Shown here: positions 37,906-47,513 of the stretch, piece by piece
Numbering within the stretch: position 1 is the first letter of the stretch
Layout of the letters: every line of letters starts with the position of its first letter
Source of the DNA: an uncultured Spirochaetales bacterium
GTDB lineage: Bacteria > Spirochaetota > Spirochaetia > CAZAKE01
Assembly (NCBI GenBank): GCA_964485495.1
Contig: CAZAKE010000003.1
Coordinates: 12,864-76,863 of the forward strand
DNA length: 64,000 nucleotides
Direction of reading: 5' to 3'
Program-made: the position numbers and the translations under genes
The notes under the pieces: generated by a model
Database searches by the model: none
Told to the model about the DNA's origin: nothing
What the model saw: only the letters and a program-made list of their open reading frames with translations

Positions 37906-38026
37906 GATAGGCGTCTTGGCAACTCGTAATCGGACCCGTCGCCGTTCCACCGTGAAATCTGCAGCTCGAATAACAGATCATGATTGTGGAAATGGATCTC
38001 AGCGGGGTAAGCATACCCTCGTCGAT

Positions 38027-39724
38027 GTGTTGATAAATCTCGGGTTGGTCTTGGTCGGATCTCTCATTTTCGCCCTCTCATTTCCTAGTTTTCTGTCTGA
38101 AGCCGGTTGGTTTCCTCTGGCGTTCATCGCACTTGTTCCGGTATTTATACTAGTGCACCGTTCCGGCTGGATCGGGATAGCCTTCTATGGCTTGCTGTAC
38201 GGCTTCTGTTCCTATTCTATTTTCAACTTTTGGCTCGTGACCTTCCATCCGCTCTCGATCTTCATCGTGCCTACGATATATGCGGCATATTTTTTCCTGC
38301 TGTTTCCGGTGTTGAAGCTCGCGGATACCCTATTCCCACGGTATGGATTTCTCGTGCAGACGGTAATCTGGGTCGCATACGAATATCTGCGGACTCGTGG
38401 ATTCCACGGGTATCCTTATGGAATAATCGGATACTCACAGTATACGTTTCTCCCGCTCATTCAGATTGTATCTGTTACCGGCGTCTGGGGGGTGTGTTAT
38501 CTCGTAGTATTTCCGTCGGCCCTCCTCGGGAATGCCGTCGCGAAAGGATTCGATGCGGTCACAGCCGGCAGGGGTTCTTCGGAGGGGATCACGGAGCCTT
38601 CGATGGAGAGGCCGGCATATGAAGAACACGAAGCAGATGATGCCGGCGAGGCGATTTCTTCCACCGGAACCTGGCTTGAGGTTCTGAATTTTCTACAAGC
38701 CAGGTATCTCGCGGCGATTGTATACGGGTGCGTTTTCGTCGCGGTCCTGGTCTACGGATTTATATCCCCCGTAGATCTCGAGAACGATCGAAGATGGAAA
38801 GTCGCGCTGGTACAGCATAACGCCGATACCTGGGAGTATGGACTCCGGTCGTATTCCAGTAACCTCGATATCTTGATACGATTGAGCAACGAAGCACTCA
38901 AGGAGGATCCGGATATCGTTATCTGGTCCGAGACGGCGTTCGTTCCCGGCATAGACTGGCATACCAGGCGAAGAACCAACCGGGAGTATTACGAGCTCGT
39001 ACTCCGGCTTCGAGAGTTTCTGGATGCACAGGATACCCCCTTCGTGTTCGGAAACGACGATCGTCAGCTCCCGGAGCCGGAGGATGGCGATGTCGACTAC
39101 GTCGATTACAACGCGGTTGTATTGTATCAGGATGGAGAGTTGAAGCAGACCTACCGCAAGATCCACCTGGTGCCGTTTACTGAAAACTTCCCTCATAAGG
39201 ATCTCTTCCCGCGGTTTTATCAGATACTCGTTGACAACGATTATCACTTCTGGAAGAGGGGGACGGAGTGGACCGTGTTCGAAGTCGACGGGATAAAATT
39301 TTCGACTCCTATCTGCTTCGAGGACGTCTTTGGATATCTCTCGCGTGAGTTTGTGCGTCGCGGCGCCGATGTGATCATCAATCTGACGAACGACTCATGG
39401 TCGGGATCGGTGGCTGCTCAGATGCAACACCTGCAGATATCGGTGTTCAGGGCCGTCGAAAATCGCCGTTCGCTCATCAGGGGCACCAACTCCGGAATGA
39501 CCTGTTCGATAGATCCGAATGGCCGCATCGATAACGAATTGGCACCGTTTACCGAGGGATATATAACCGGATATGTTCCGATCCATACAGATACCGAAAC
39601 CCTCTTCACGAAGTGGGGCGACTGGCTCGCCTATTGGTCGATTAGAGGTTCCATCGGGATCCTTCTCGGCGGTATACTACTCTTCGTATCGGGTAGGGCC
39701 GGACGGCGAAAACAGCCTGCGTAA
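38027..39724 (+). CDS. lnt: apolipoprotein N-acyltransferase (Lnt), paralog 1
   Basis: N-terminal polytopic membrane region and a C-terminal CN-hydrolase domain (KIHLVPFTENFP...CFEDVF...NLTNDSW). The start is moved to GTG 38027 to avoid overlapping the HU gene. The upstream part of listed ORF 37841 is judged non-coding. Confidence 0.85.
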   Translation: MLINLGLVLVGSLIFALSFPSFLSEAGWFPLAFIALVPVFILVHRSGWIGIAFYGLLYGFCSYSIFNFWLVTFHPLSIFIVPTIYAAYFFLLFPVLKLADTLFPRYGFLVQTVIWVAYEYLRTRGFHGYPYGIIGYSQYTFLPLIQIVSVTGVWGVCYLVVFPSALLGNAVAKGFDAVTAGRGSSEGITEPSMERPAYEEHEADDAGEAISSTGTWLEVLNFLQARYLAAIVYGCVFVAVLVYGFISPVDLENDRRWKVALVQHNADTWEYGLRSYSSNLDILIRLSNEALKEDPDIVIWSETAFVPGIDWHTRRRTNREYYELVLRLREFLDAQDTPFVFGNDDRQLPEPEDGDVDYVDYNAVVLYQDGELKQTYRKIHLVPFTENFPHKDLFPRFYQILVDNDYHFWKRGTEWTVFEVDGIKFSTPICFEDVFGYLSREFVRRGADVIINLTNDSWSGSVAAQMQHLQISVFRAVENRRSLIRGTNSGMTCSIDPNGRIDNELAPFTEGYITGYVPIHTDTETLFTKWGDWLAYWSIRGSIGILLGGILLFVSGRAGRRKQPA

Positions 39725-39815
39725 TCGGAGAACTCGCATTGACAATCCACCGGATGTGTAGGAAAATAAAAAGTCTTTTACACAATGGGGTACTATGGAA
39801 GCGGAAGTAATGGAA

Positions 39816-40550
39816 ATGAAAACCAAGATACTGATTGTAGACGATGAGCCGATAAACCTTGATTTTTTCGATGTGATGCTTTCAAAACTGGGGTTCGAGG
39901 TACACAAGGCTGAGGATGGCGAGGAGGCCCTCGAGCAGGTCAAGACGGTGATACCGGATCTGATCATACTCGATAACATCATGCCCAAATTGTCCGGTTG
40001 GAAGGTCACCCGAATCCTCAAGACCGGCGAAGAATACTCCGAATACAAGGATATCCCTATCATCATGTTTTCCGCCATGGATGATGTAAAAGATAAGATC
40101 GAGGGTTTCGAATTGGGAATCGAGGATTATATCACAAAGCCGTTTAATTTCTCTGAAGTCTTGGCTCGGATTCGTGCCGTCCTGCGTGGGAGGGAACTGT
40201 CAAACCGTGTCGTACTGAAAGAGCGGCGGATTGCATCGATCGAATCTCTAAACAAATCGTTGATCTACTTTACGCAACACCTGAAACAACCTGTCCTCGA
40301 TCTGCAAAAGAATGCGGAGGCTCTCGACCTTGGGGAAATGAGCGCGGTCAGGGAGTTCGTCGATCTTGTGAAGAAGGAAACCGAACAGGTTCTGGCTTCA
40401 CTTGGCGGGTTGGAGGATGAGATCGTCGAACTCGAGAACCTGCCCGACGGCGAGCACGAATATGGCATAAACTTACAGGACCTGGACGAGAAGTTTCAGA
40501 AGCATTTCGAAAGCCTCAAGGACAGAGAGATAAAAGGGGTGTCGAGATGA
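39816..40550 (+). CDS. response regulator with a REC domain and a C-terminal coiled-coil region, no recognisable DNA-binding output
   Basis: KILIVDDEPINLDFFDVMLSKLGFEVHKAEDGEEALEQ...DLIILDNIMPKLSGWKV...PIIMFSAMDD...GIEDYITKPF is a CheY-like receiver with Asp and Lys in place. Start at the ATG 9 nt after GGAAG. Confidence 0.85.
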   Translation: MKTKILIVDDEPINLDFFDVMLSKLGFEVHKAEDGEEALEQVKTVIPDLIILDNIMPKLSGWKVTRILKTGEEYSEYKDIPIIMFSAMDDVKDKIEGFELGIEDYITKPFNFSEVLARIRAVLRGRELSNRVVLKERRIASIESLNKSLIYFTQHLKQPVLDLQKNAEALDLGEMSAVREFVDLVKKETEQVLASLGGLEDEIVELENLPDGEHEYGINLQDLDEKFQKHFESLKDREIKGVSR

Positions 40551-40768
40551 TTACCGAAGAGAAGAAGAAGGTATTAGCGTTGTTCGCCGAAGGGCGAAAA
40601 CACTACAAGCTGATGGATTTCGAAGGCGCGAAAAAGCAGTTTGCAGCCGCTCTCAAGGTTGATCCGGACGACGGACCATCAAAGGTCTATTATCAGCGTT
40701 GTTCCCATTACCTCGAGAATCCTCCACCCGACGATTGGGATGGCGTTTTCGTGATGACGACGAAATAG
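40547..40768 (+). CDS. small hypothetical protein (73 aa), translationally coupled to the response regulator
   Basis: Its ATG overlaps the stop of the upstream gene (ATGA). The helical sequence LALFAEGRKHYKLMDFEGAKKQFAAALKVDPDD resembles a single TPR-like unit. Confidence 0.4.
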   Translation: MITEEKKKVLALFAEGRKHYKLMDFEGAKKQFAAALKVDPDDGPSKVYYQRCSHYLENPPPDDWDGVFVMTTK

Positions 40769-40857
40769 CCGGACGATCTCACGACTCAGGCTTCGATCGG
40801 CAATCTGGTCCGTCACCGGTCTTGTGTTCTGAATACGATTCCACAACAGGGATAGAG

Positions 40858-41271
40858 ATGGCGCGCACTATCGAACAAAAGGGATACGAGAAAATCACCA
40901 CCACCCTCGGCAGGGAGACGGTTTTCGCTGGTAATATGCGGTTCAGTAAGTCTCTCAAGATCGACGGCAAGTTCGAAGGCGAAATCGAATCCGATGGGTT
41001 TTTATACGTTGAGGAGGGGGCCGTCGTCAAGGCTGATATTAAGGTTGGATCTATCGTCATCGGAGGAACTATCCACGGCAATATCGTGGCAACCGATAAG
41101 CTCGAGATGTTGTCTACCGGTCAGGTGTTCGGAAACATTCGGACAGCAAAACTCAGGATCGCGGACGGCGTGATATTCGAAGGAAAATGTGAGATGATCA
41201 AGGACGTCGAATCGATTGACGTCTTCTCTGCCAAGGTCGAGAAGCTGAAAAAAACCGTACAAAGTGTCTGA
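40858..41271 (+). CDS. bactofilin, paralog 2
   Basis: MARTIEQKGYEKITTTLGRETVFAGNMRFSKSLKIDGKFEGEIESDGFLYVEEGAVVKADIKVGSIVIGGTIHGNIVATDKLEMLSTGQVFGNIRTAKLRIADGVIFEG is a bactofilin beta-helix repeat. The listed ORF start at 40699 is trimmed to the first Met. Confidence 0.85.
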   Translation: MARTIEQKGYEKITTTLGRETVFAGNMRFSKSLKIDGKFEGEIESDGFLYVEEGAVVKADIKVGSIVIGGTIHGNIVATDKLEMLSTGQVFGNIRTAKLRIADGVIFEGKCEMIKDVESIDVFSAKVEKLKKTVQSV

Positions 41272-41285
41272 GAATCATACTATGC

Positions 41286-42032
41286 ATGGTTATACCTGTG
41301 TCCTCTGATGCCGTCACGTTGGGAACCGTTTTTCTCGTGCCCGAATCGGTTATCTGTGATCTCATCGAGCATTTTGTGCCCGATGGCATCGATTGGGAGG
41401 TAAATACGGGAGTTGAAGCGACTACCGTTGTTCTTAATGGCGCCTCCGCCGAAAAAAGAGACGAGTTCATTGACGTACTGAGAGAGAGGATAGGACCGGC
41501 ATGTGTCCGCAAGGGGTCTGTGAACGCGGCCGAGAGTCTCGGCGATACACTGCTTCGAAGGGAACGTACGATCTCCGGTGCCGAGTCATGCACCGGAGGC
41601 ATTGTAGCCGGATTCATTACCGCAGTCGCGGGCTCCTCGAGCTACTTTTGGGGCGGGTTCACGACGTATGCAAACGATGCAAAGATCCGCATATTGGGTG
41701 TCGACGCGGAAACTATCAAGAGGTTTGGTGCCGTCTCGAAGCAGTGCGTCGAAGAGATGGCCTACGGCACACGGCGGTTGTCCAGGACGAATATCTCCTT
41801 TGCGATTTCTGGAGTTGCCGGACCGGGCGGTGGAACGGAGGAGAAGCCCGTTGGGACGGTTTGGATCGGGATAGGGACAGAGGATGGAATCTATTCTCGC
41901 AAGTTTTTATTTGACGGTGACCGGGGTATAATCCGTAGGAAAGCGGCGATTACTTCACTTTTATTGTGTGAAATAGCTGCCGAAAGCCTGATGAGTCTTG
42001 ACACCGCGTTCACATGGGAATATATTTGTTGA
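41286..42032 (+). CDS. CinA C-terminal-domain protein (PncC-like NMN deamidase family) lacking the N-terminal MoCF-binding domain
   Basis: ISGAESCTGGIVAGFITAVAGSSSYFWGGFTTYANDAKIRILGVDAETIKRFGAVSKQCVEEMAYG...SGVAGPGGGTEEKPVGTVWIG matches the CinA C-terminal domain. Confidence 0.8.
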   Translation: MVIPVSSDAVTLGTVFLVPESVICDLIEHFVPDGIDWEVNTGVEATTVVLNGASAEKRDEFIDVLRERIGPACVRKGSVNAAESLGDTLLRRERTISGAESCTGGIVAGFITAVAGSSSYFWGGFTTYANDAKIRILGVDAETIKRFGAVSKQCVEEMAYGTRRLSRTNISFAISGVAGPGGGTEEKPVGTVWIGIGTEDGIYSRKFLFDGDRGIIRRKAAITSLLLCEIAAESLMSLDTAFTWEYIC

Positions 42033-42318
42033 GAAGGCACATCGAGAACGCCCATATTACCGAATAAGCCAATAATATTTGCTTTATGCTGGAAGAGAAC
42101 GTCAAATAAGCCATACAATCTATTTCGTACAAGCTGGAGAATGGTGATAGGCGTGTAGATGAAACCGCAGAAGGCGAATTATGATTGTTTTCGCCCCTTT
42201 TCTTCTTCACAATGCGGGTACTGAATCTTCGAGACATACCGGTGGGATATCGCGGTAGATTCCGTACTACCTAATAATACAATGAACATGGCGAATCCAG
42301 GATTTGGAGAATAGAATA

Positions 42319-44124
42319 ATGCCTGAAAGCCGGAGTAATAGTTACTCGAGTGAGGCGGCGACAGGAGAGCGACATGTCGCGCAGAAGGAGTTGGAATTGA
42401 TAGAGGAAGAGACGAAAACAGACGGTACCGATCAGATTGCTACAACCGACGATTCACAGGTGCAGAATGACGATGCCCGTCAGAATGCGGAATCTGATGC
42501 CGGTTCGGAGGGTGCTCGAAAAGACAAGAGCGATTCTCGACGGTCACGCCGAAGTAGCGGAGGCAATGGTAAGGATTCGCCGAAGTCGAAGGACAACGGA
42601 AACGGCTCGGTCGTGAATGTCGTCCCGAGAAAGAAGGGCCGCAAGAAAAAAGTGAGAGTAGAGCTGATCAAAGATACGGTGAACGGCGACACAAACGATA
42701 CCGATGAGGATCTGGAACCGGTCAACGATCAGAATGATACCCCCGAATCCGCTGTTTCTCACGAAGAGCCCCCGGAACCCGCCTTCGCCGATGTGTATCC
42801 TTCTCATAAGGGAACGAAGGTCATGTCTGTCGAGAAGGTAGACCGCCAATCCAGGGTGAGTATCAACGATCTGAGTAAGATGAGTATGCCGGATCTGCGT
42901 GAACTCGCGGTGAAACGTGAGGTGGTTGCCGAGAATATCGGATCGATGAAGAAGCAGGAACTGATATTTTCCATTCTGAAGAATCATACCCAGAACGGGG
43001 GTATGATCCATGCATACGGATCTCTCGAGATCCTCCCTGACGGATACGGATTCTTACGCTCTCCTCAGAACAGTTATCTTCCCGGTTCCGACGATATATA
43101 TATTTCTCCCTCCCAGATTCGGTTGTTCAACTTACGCACCGGAGATACGGTAGCCGGACAGATTCGCCCGCCGAAGGAGGGGGAGCGGTTCTTCGCCCTG
43201 CTCAGAGTCGAGGCGGTAAATTTTCAGGAGCCGACCTTCGCACAGACCCGTGTGCCTTTCGATAACCTGACACCTCTCTATCCGGAAGCGAAACTAAATC
43301 TGGAAACGCCGAACGGAGATATCTCGACACGCATGATCAATCTCTTCTGTCCTGTCGGCAAGGGGCAACGGGGCTTAATCGTCTCTCCACCGAGAACGGG
43401 TAAGACCGTCATACTCCAGAAGATCGCCAACGCCATAACCAGGAACCATCCTGAGGTGTATCTGATCGTCCTGCTTATCGATGAGCGGCCTGAGGAAGTT
43501 ACCGACATGCAGCGCAACGTTCAGGCAGAGGTGATCTCCTCGACGTTCGACGAGCAGGCAACTCGCCACGTCCAGGTCACCGAGATGGTGCTGGAAAAGG
43601 CTAAGCGTCTCGTAGAACATAAGCACGACGTCGTGATTCTCCTCGATTCGATTACACGCCTCGCCCGGGCCTACAACCAGACAGTACCCACGTCAGGGAA
43701 GATTCTATCGGGTGGTGTCGATTCAAATGCCCTCCATAAGCCGAAGCGATTCTTCGGAGCGGCCCGTAATATCGAGGAGGGCGGTAGCCTGACTATCGTC
43801 GCGACTGCGCTGGTCGAAACAGGTAGCCGGATGGATGAGGTGATCTTCGAGGAGTTCAAGGGAACGGGCAATATGGAGATCAACCTGGACAGAAGAATGT
43901 CCGACAGACGCCTCTTCCCGGCGATCAACGTAAAGAAGTCAGGGACCCGGAAGGAGGAACTGCTGCTGCGTGAGGAGGAGTTGAATAAGATATGGATCTT
44001 GCGGAAGGTCATCGGTCCGATGGATGATATCGAGACAACAGAGCTATTGGTTGACAGAATGCGTAAAACCAAGAATAATGATGTCTTTATGCGATCCATG
44101 AACACTACCGGGTCGACCGATTAA
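42319..44124 (+). CDS. rho: transcription termination factor Rho with a hydrophilic N-terminal extension of about 200 aa
   Basis: RNA-binding OB domain ([14 protein letters not shown]...[41 protein letters not shown]), Walker [16 protein letters not shown], Walker [17 protein letters not shown], and a full RecA-like C-terminal domain. The extension is a long D/E/K/S-rich disordered N-terminus. Confidence 0.95.
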   Translation: MPESRSNSYSSEAATGERHVAQKELELIEEETKTDGTDQIATTDDSQVQNDDARQNAESDAGSEGARKDKSDSRRSRRSSGGNGKDSPKSKDNGNGSVVNVVPRKKGRKKKVRVELIKDTVNGDTNDTDEDLEPVNDQNDTPESAVSHEEPPEPAFADVYPSHKGTKVMSVEKVDRQSRVSINDLSKMSMPDLRELAVKREVVAENIGSMKKQELIFSILKNHTQNGGMIHAYGSLEILPDGYGFLRSPQNSYLPGSDDIYISPSQIRLFNLRTGDTVAGQIRPPKEGERFFALLRVEAVNFQEPTFAQTRVPFDNLTPLYPEAKLNLETPNGDISTRMINLFCPVGKGQRGLIVSPPRTGKTVILQKIANAITRNHPEVYLIVLLIDERPEEVTDMQRNVQAEVISSTFDEQATRHVQVTEMVLEKAKRLVEHKHDVVILLDSITRLARAYNQTVPTSGKILSGGVDSNALHKPKRFFGAARNIEEGGSLTIVATALVETGSRMDEVIFEEFKGTGNMEINLDRRMSDRRLFPAINVKKSGTRKEELLLREEELNKIWILRKVIGPMDDIETTELLVDRMRKTKNNDVFMRSMNTTGSTD

Positions 44125-44185
44125 TGATCGTCGATGTCTATAGCCGACGTTTACAGAAGGATAGAGAAGGAGCGGAAGGCAGAGT

Positions 44186-44395
44186 ATGAAGAAGGGAATA
44201 CATCCGAAATATGATTTTACCACCATCACCTGTGCGTGTGGAAATGTTATCGAGACACGTTCGACTGCGAAGAATATCGATGTAGAGATCTGCTCGAAGT
44301 GCCATCCATTTTTCACCGGCAAACAGAAGCTGGTGGATACCGCAGGTCGAGTCGAACGGTTCAAGAGAAAGTATGGAATCAAGGACACAACCTGA
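44186..44395 (+). CDS. rpmE: 50S ribosomal protein L31
   Basis: MKKGIHPKY...CxCG...[10 protein letters not shown] motif. Length 69 aa. Confidence 0.93.
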   Translation: MKKGIHPKYDFTTITCACGNVIETRSTAKNIDVEICSKCHPFFTGKQKLVDTAGRVERFKRKYGIKDTT

Positions 44396-44412
44396 GTACT
44401 ATCTGCGGGTGC

Positions 44413-46107
44413 CTACTGCTTGTTGTAGAATATCTGCGATAGCCGGCGGCGGGTGCTGTCGCCGGGACTACGCGTAATCAATACACACAGAACCACTACA
44501 GCGAGGAATATCGGGAAATAATCTCCCAGACTCGAGTACGCCGTATCAGGTCTTTCTGAATTCAGCCTGACTCGTCCGTAGAGTGTATCGGCCTCGTATA
44601 GGCGAAGGGAGTAGGTGATCCTGCCTTTGGCATCGATTATTGTGGTCACTCCGGCATTCGTCGAGCGCACCAATGGGCGGCGGTTTTCTATCGCTCTGAA
44701 TCTGGCCGCGGCGAAGTGCTGGGTCTCTCCCGAGACCGTCTTCGACCACGAGTCGTTGGTGAGGTTGATCAACAGATCGGCACCGGAGGCGATCATTCGA
44801 CGGCACAGATCCGGAAACGAGTCCTCGAAGCAGATTGGTGTACAAAACCGGACATCTGAGCCGTCATCGACGGTGACCGAGAACACCGTAAGATCGGACC
44901 CGAGGGTCCAACCACCGGAAGTAAGACCGATCACGTTTCGGAAAAACGTCTGGACCAATGTATTCTCCCAGAAGGGGATATGTTCGGCGAGAGGAACGGC
45001 GTGGGTCTTTCCGTAGTAGGACTCAACTCTTCCCTCGGGTGAGAGCAGGACGGCGCCGTTCATGATCTTCCGCTCTTTGAGGTCGATGGCGTAGGGGGCT
45101 CCGGTGAGGAGGGGAAGGTGAATCTCCCGTAGGAATGAGAGAAACGGATCTCCTTCCGGCGTCACGTTGAAGTATCCCTGATATTCGGTAAAAGGCCTCC
45201 TGAGTGAGTTTTCACTCCAGGTGACAAGGTGCGGAGGTACTTTCGCCATGTCGAGGGCCTCGCGGGTCAACTCCTGGCCTCTCTGTAATCCGAGGGCTTC
45301 CTTCCCCCGGCGCCAGGAATCTACGTTTTGCTGCACCATGATCAGCCTGAGTTCCCGGTCATACGATTCCGGCGCGACGAGTCGAGCGGTACCGTAGCCG
45401 ACAACGGCGATACAAATGACAATGATCGATGTTGCGTATCTGCGAGTGTTTGAATCACCCATTGTCCCACGTAGTCCCGGTATCGTTTCTCGATTCGCCT
45501 CGATGAACCTGAGAGAAATTTCCTGTGGATATTTACCGGAGACTCTACTGGAGAGTCCCATCGATACATCATGAGAGAGAAGCACCTCAGCCAGTACCGC
45601 GTTGATTGCGGCCACCAGATACGATACCCCCCAGACGCCGGTGATGTCGGCTATCTGGCACAGGGGGAGTATCATTCCCACCGGCATGGCCAGCAATCCC
45701 CACGGGAATCCGATGTATCCGTTGGATTTGAAGTATTCGTAGGCAACCCAGGCGGCTGCGATGAGAAACGGTCTCATCCGGCCGTTCCTCAGATACAGGC
45801 CGCGGAATATGGGAGCGAAGAGTACGAAGTAAAGGGTATGGGCGAAAACCACCCCCGAAATCGTCCATACCGAGAAATCCTGGAAGAACAGTAGCCAAAA
45901 ATAGGTAACGCCGGTAGAGACTCCGCCGAAGACGGCCCCCAACAGGATGGTGAATCGGATTGTCGGCGACCTGGACACACCGTAGAGGAACGGTACGATG
46001 CAGACGAGGCCGAGGATCGGATTTCCGTAATGGAACACCTCATTGGGAAGGGCCGCGGAGATGAGTAATGCGGAGAAAAGCACGGTCCCCAGCAATCGGA
46101 GTCTCAT
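44413..46107 (-). CDS. lnt: apolipoprotein N-acyltransferase (Lnt), paralog 2
   Basis: N-terminal multi-TM region and a C-terminal CN-hydrolase domain (RLIMVQQNVDSW...CFEDSFPDL...NLTNDSWSKT), with the same architecture as the gene at 38027. Confidence 0.85.
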   Translation of the reverse strand: MRLRLLGTVLFSALLISAALPNEVFHYGNPILGLVCIVPFLYGVSRSPTIRFTILLGAVFGGVSTGVTYFWLLFFQDFSVWTISGVVFAHTLYFVLFAPIFRGLYLRNGRMRPFLIAAAWVAYEYFKSNGYIGFPWGLLAMPVGMILPLCQIADITGVWGVSYLVAAINAVLAEVLLSHDVSMGLSSRVSGKYPQEISLRFIEANRETIPGLRGTMGDSNTRRYATSIIVICIAVVGYGTARLVAPESYDRELRLIMVQQNVDSWRRGKEALGLQRGQELTREALDMAKVPPHLVTWSENSLRRPFTEYQGYFNVTPEGDPFLSFLREIHLPLLTGAPYAIDLKERKIMNGAVLLSPEGRVESYYGKTHAVPLAEHIPFWENTLVQTFFRNVIGLTSGGWTLGSDLTVFSVTVDDGSDVRFCTPICFEDSFPDLCRRMIASGADLLINLTNDSWSKTVSGETQHFAAARFRAIENRRPLVRSTNAGVTTIIDAKGRITYSLRLYEADTLYGRVRLNSERPDTAYSSLGDYFPIFLAVVVLCVLITRSPGDSTRRRLSQIFYNKQ

Positions 46108-46350
46108 ATCGGTGGATCATACCTGGTTTTTCTTTCACGATACAAGACCCGGGTCGATTTGAAATTGCAAAATGCGTTGCATTTTACCGTCAATTCCGGT
46201 AATATAGGACGACGAATCGAAATAAAAATCGACTGGGGCTTTACTGGTGTAGTTCGGGAGCGATTCGTTCTACCGACCGTCGATTTCCGGAATGGTCACT
46301 CATGTCACCATATATTCCGCACTCGAATCATGAGCCCCGCGAGGATCATA

Positions 46351-47505
46351 ATGGACGACCTAATTTCCCACCACGTGAGTGAGTACGACTGTGAGCCGGA
46401 GGTGATCGCAGAGGCTCCGGGAGTTGTAAATCTCATGGGGGAGCATACCGACTATAACGAAGGCTATGTGCTGCAGATAGGCCTGAACCGCACGATTCGT
46501 GTCGGGATCTCTTTCCGGGACGATGTATCCCTGCGGTTTTTTTCCGCCGACCTCGGTGAGCGAAAGAAGACTACGATTCCCAACCTGAAGTACAAGAGGG
46601 AGGATCGCTGGGCGAACTACCCCAAGGGGGTCCTCTATTCGCTTCAGAGATTGGGACTGGAGCTGAGAGGGCTCAACGTCACGATACAGAGTGATGTGCC
46701 GCCGGGTATCGGACTCGGATCCTCTGCCGCCCTGTGTGTCGCCACCATGACTGCAATACGGAAACTGTTCTCATTCGACCTCACCGATATCCAGGCGGTC
46801 CAGAGTTCGTTCAGTGCGGAATCGTCATTCATGAATATTGAAACCGAGATTACCGACCACTTCGTCTCGACCCTGGCGAAGGCCGGTACTGCGATGATGC
46901 TTGATTTACGGAACCTGGAGTATGGTTACACGCCGGTGACCTTAGAAGACGTGAAAATACTGGTCACCAACTCGAATGTCCCTTCGGCGACCGTCGAGTT
47001 TGATCTTCAAGATCGTCTCGACGAATGCAGGGATTGCGTGAAGTATCTCGGGCGTCGGAAGCAGGGAATCGCACTCAGGGATTATTCTACCGACGACCTC
47101 AAAGCGAGTATGGGTTTCGTACCGGAATCCCTCAGGAGGATCTGTCTGCATGTTGTAGGTGAGAACGAACGAGTGCTCGAGGCACGTCAGGCCCTGAAGG
47201 AAAAAGACCTGGTCGCGCTCGGGAAACTCATGACCAGATCCCACGAGAGTCTCAGGGATAACTATGAGGTTTCCTGTCCCGAAGTAGACTGGCTCGTGAA
47301 ACGTGCAACAGAGATTACCGGCGTCCTGGGTGCCAGGATGACCGGTCATGGATACGGCGGATGCACCGTCATGTTGATAGAAAACTCGGCGATGGACGAT
47401 TATCGAGAACGCCTCGATGAGTATGAACGGATCTTCGGGTTCAGTCCGGTGATCTTGGAATGCGATCCGGCGGACGGAACGAGGCTGATTTATCCGGAGA
47501 ACTGA
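46351..47505 (+). CDS. galK: galactokinase
   Basis: Galactokinase signature APGVVNLMGEHTDYNEGYVL and GHMP kinase motif PPGIGLGSSAALCVA. The start is trimmed to MDDLISHH about 20 aa before the signature. Upstream codons of listed ORF 46159 lie in the promoter region. Confidence 0.85.
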   Translation: MDDLISHHVSEYDCEPEVIAEAPGVVNLMGEHTDYNEGYVLQIGLNRTIRVGISFRDDVSLRFFSADLGERKKTTIPNLKYKREDRWANYPKGVLYSLQRLGLELRGLNVTIQSDVPPGIGLGSSAALCVATMTAIRKLFSFDLTDIQAVQSSFSAESSFMNIETEITDHFVSTLAKAGTAMMLDLRNLEYGYTPVTLEDVKILVTNSNVPSATVEFDLQDRLDECRDCVKYLGRRKQGIALRDYSTDDLKASMGFVPESLRRICLHVVGENERVLEARQALKEKDLVALGKLMTRSHESLRDNYEVSCPEVDWLVKRATEITGVLGARMTGHGYGGCTVMLIENSAMDDYRERLDEYERIFGFSPVILECDPADGTRLIYPEN

Positions 47506-47513
47506 AGGCACAC

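Noticed and set aside
37841-38026. 5' extension of the lnt ORF overlapping the HU/IHF gene
   Set aside because: The extension encodes an Arg/Ser-rich non-membrane sequence and overlaps the well-supported HU gene. The Lnt membrane domain begins at the GTG/TTG at 38027-38030.
46159-46350. Upstream 64 codons of the listed galK ORF
   Set aside because: The galactokinase signature lies about 20 aa after Met 46351. The upstream stretch contains the palindromic operator candidate and has no homology to GalK N-termini.
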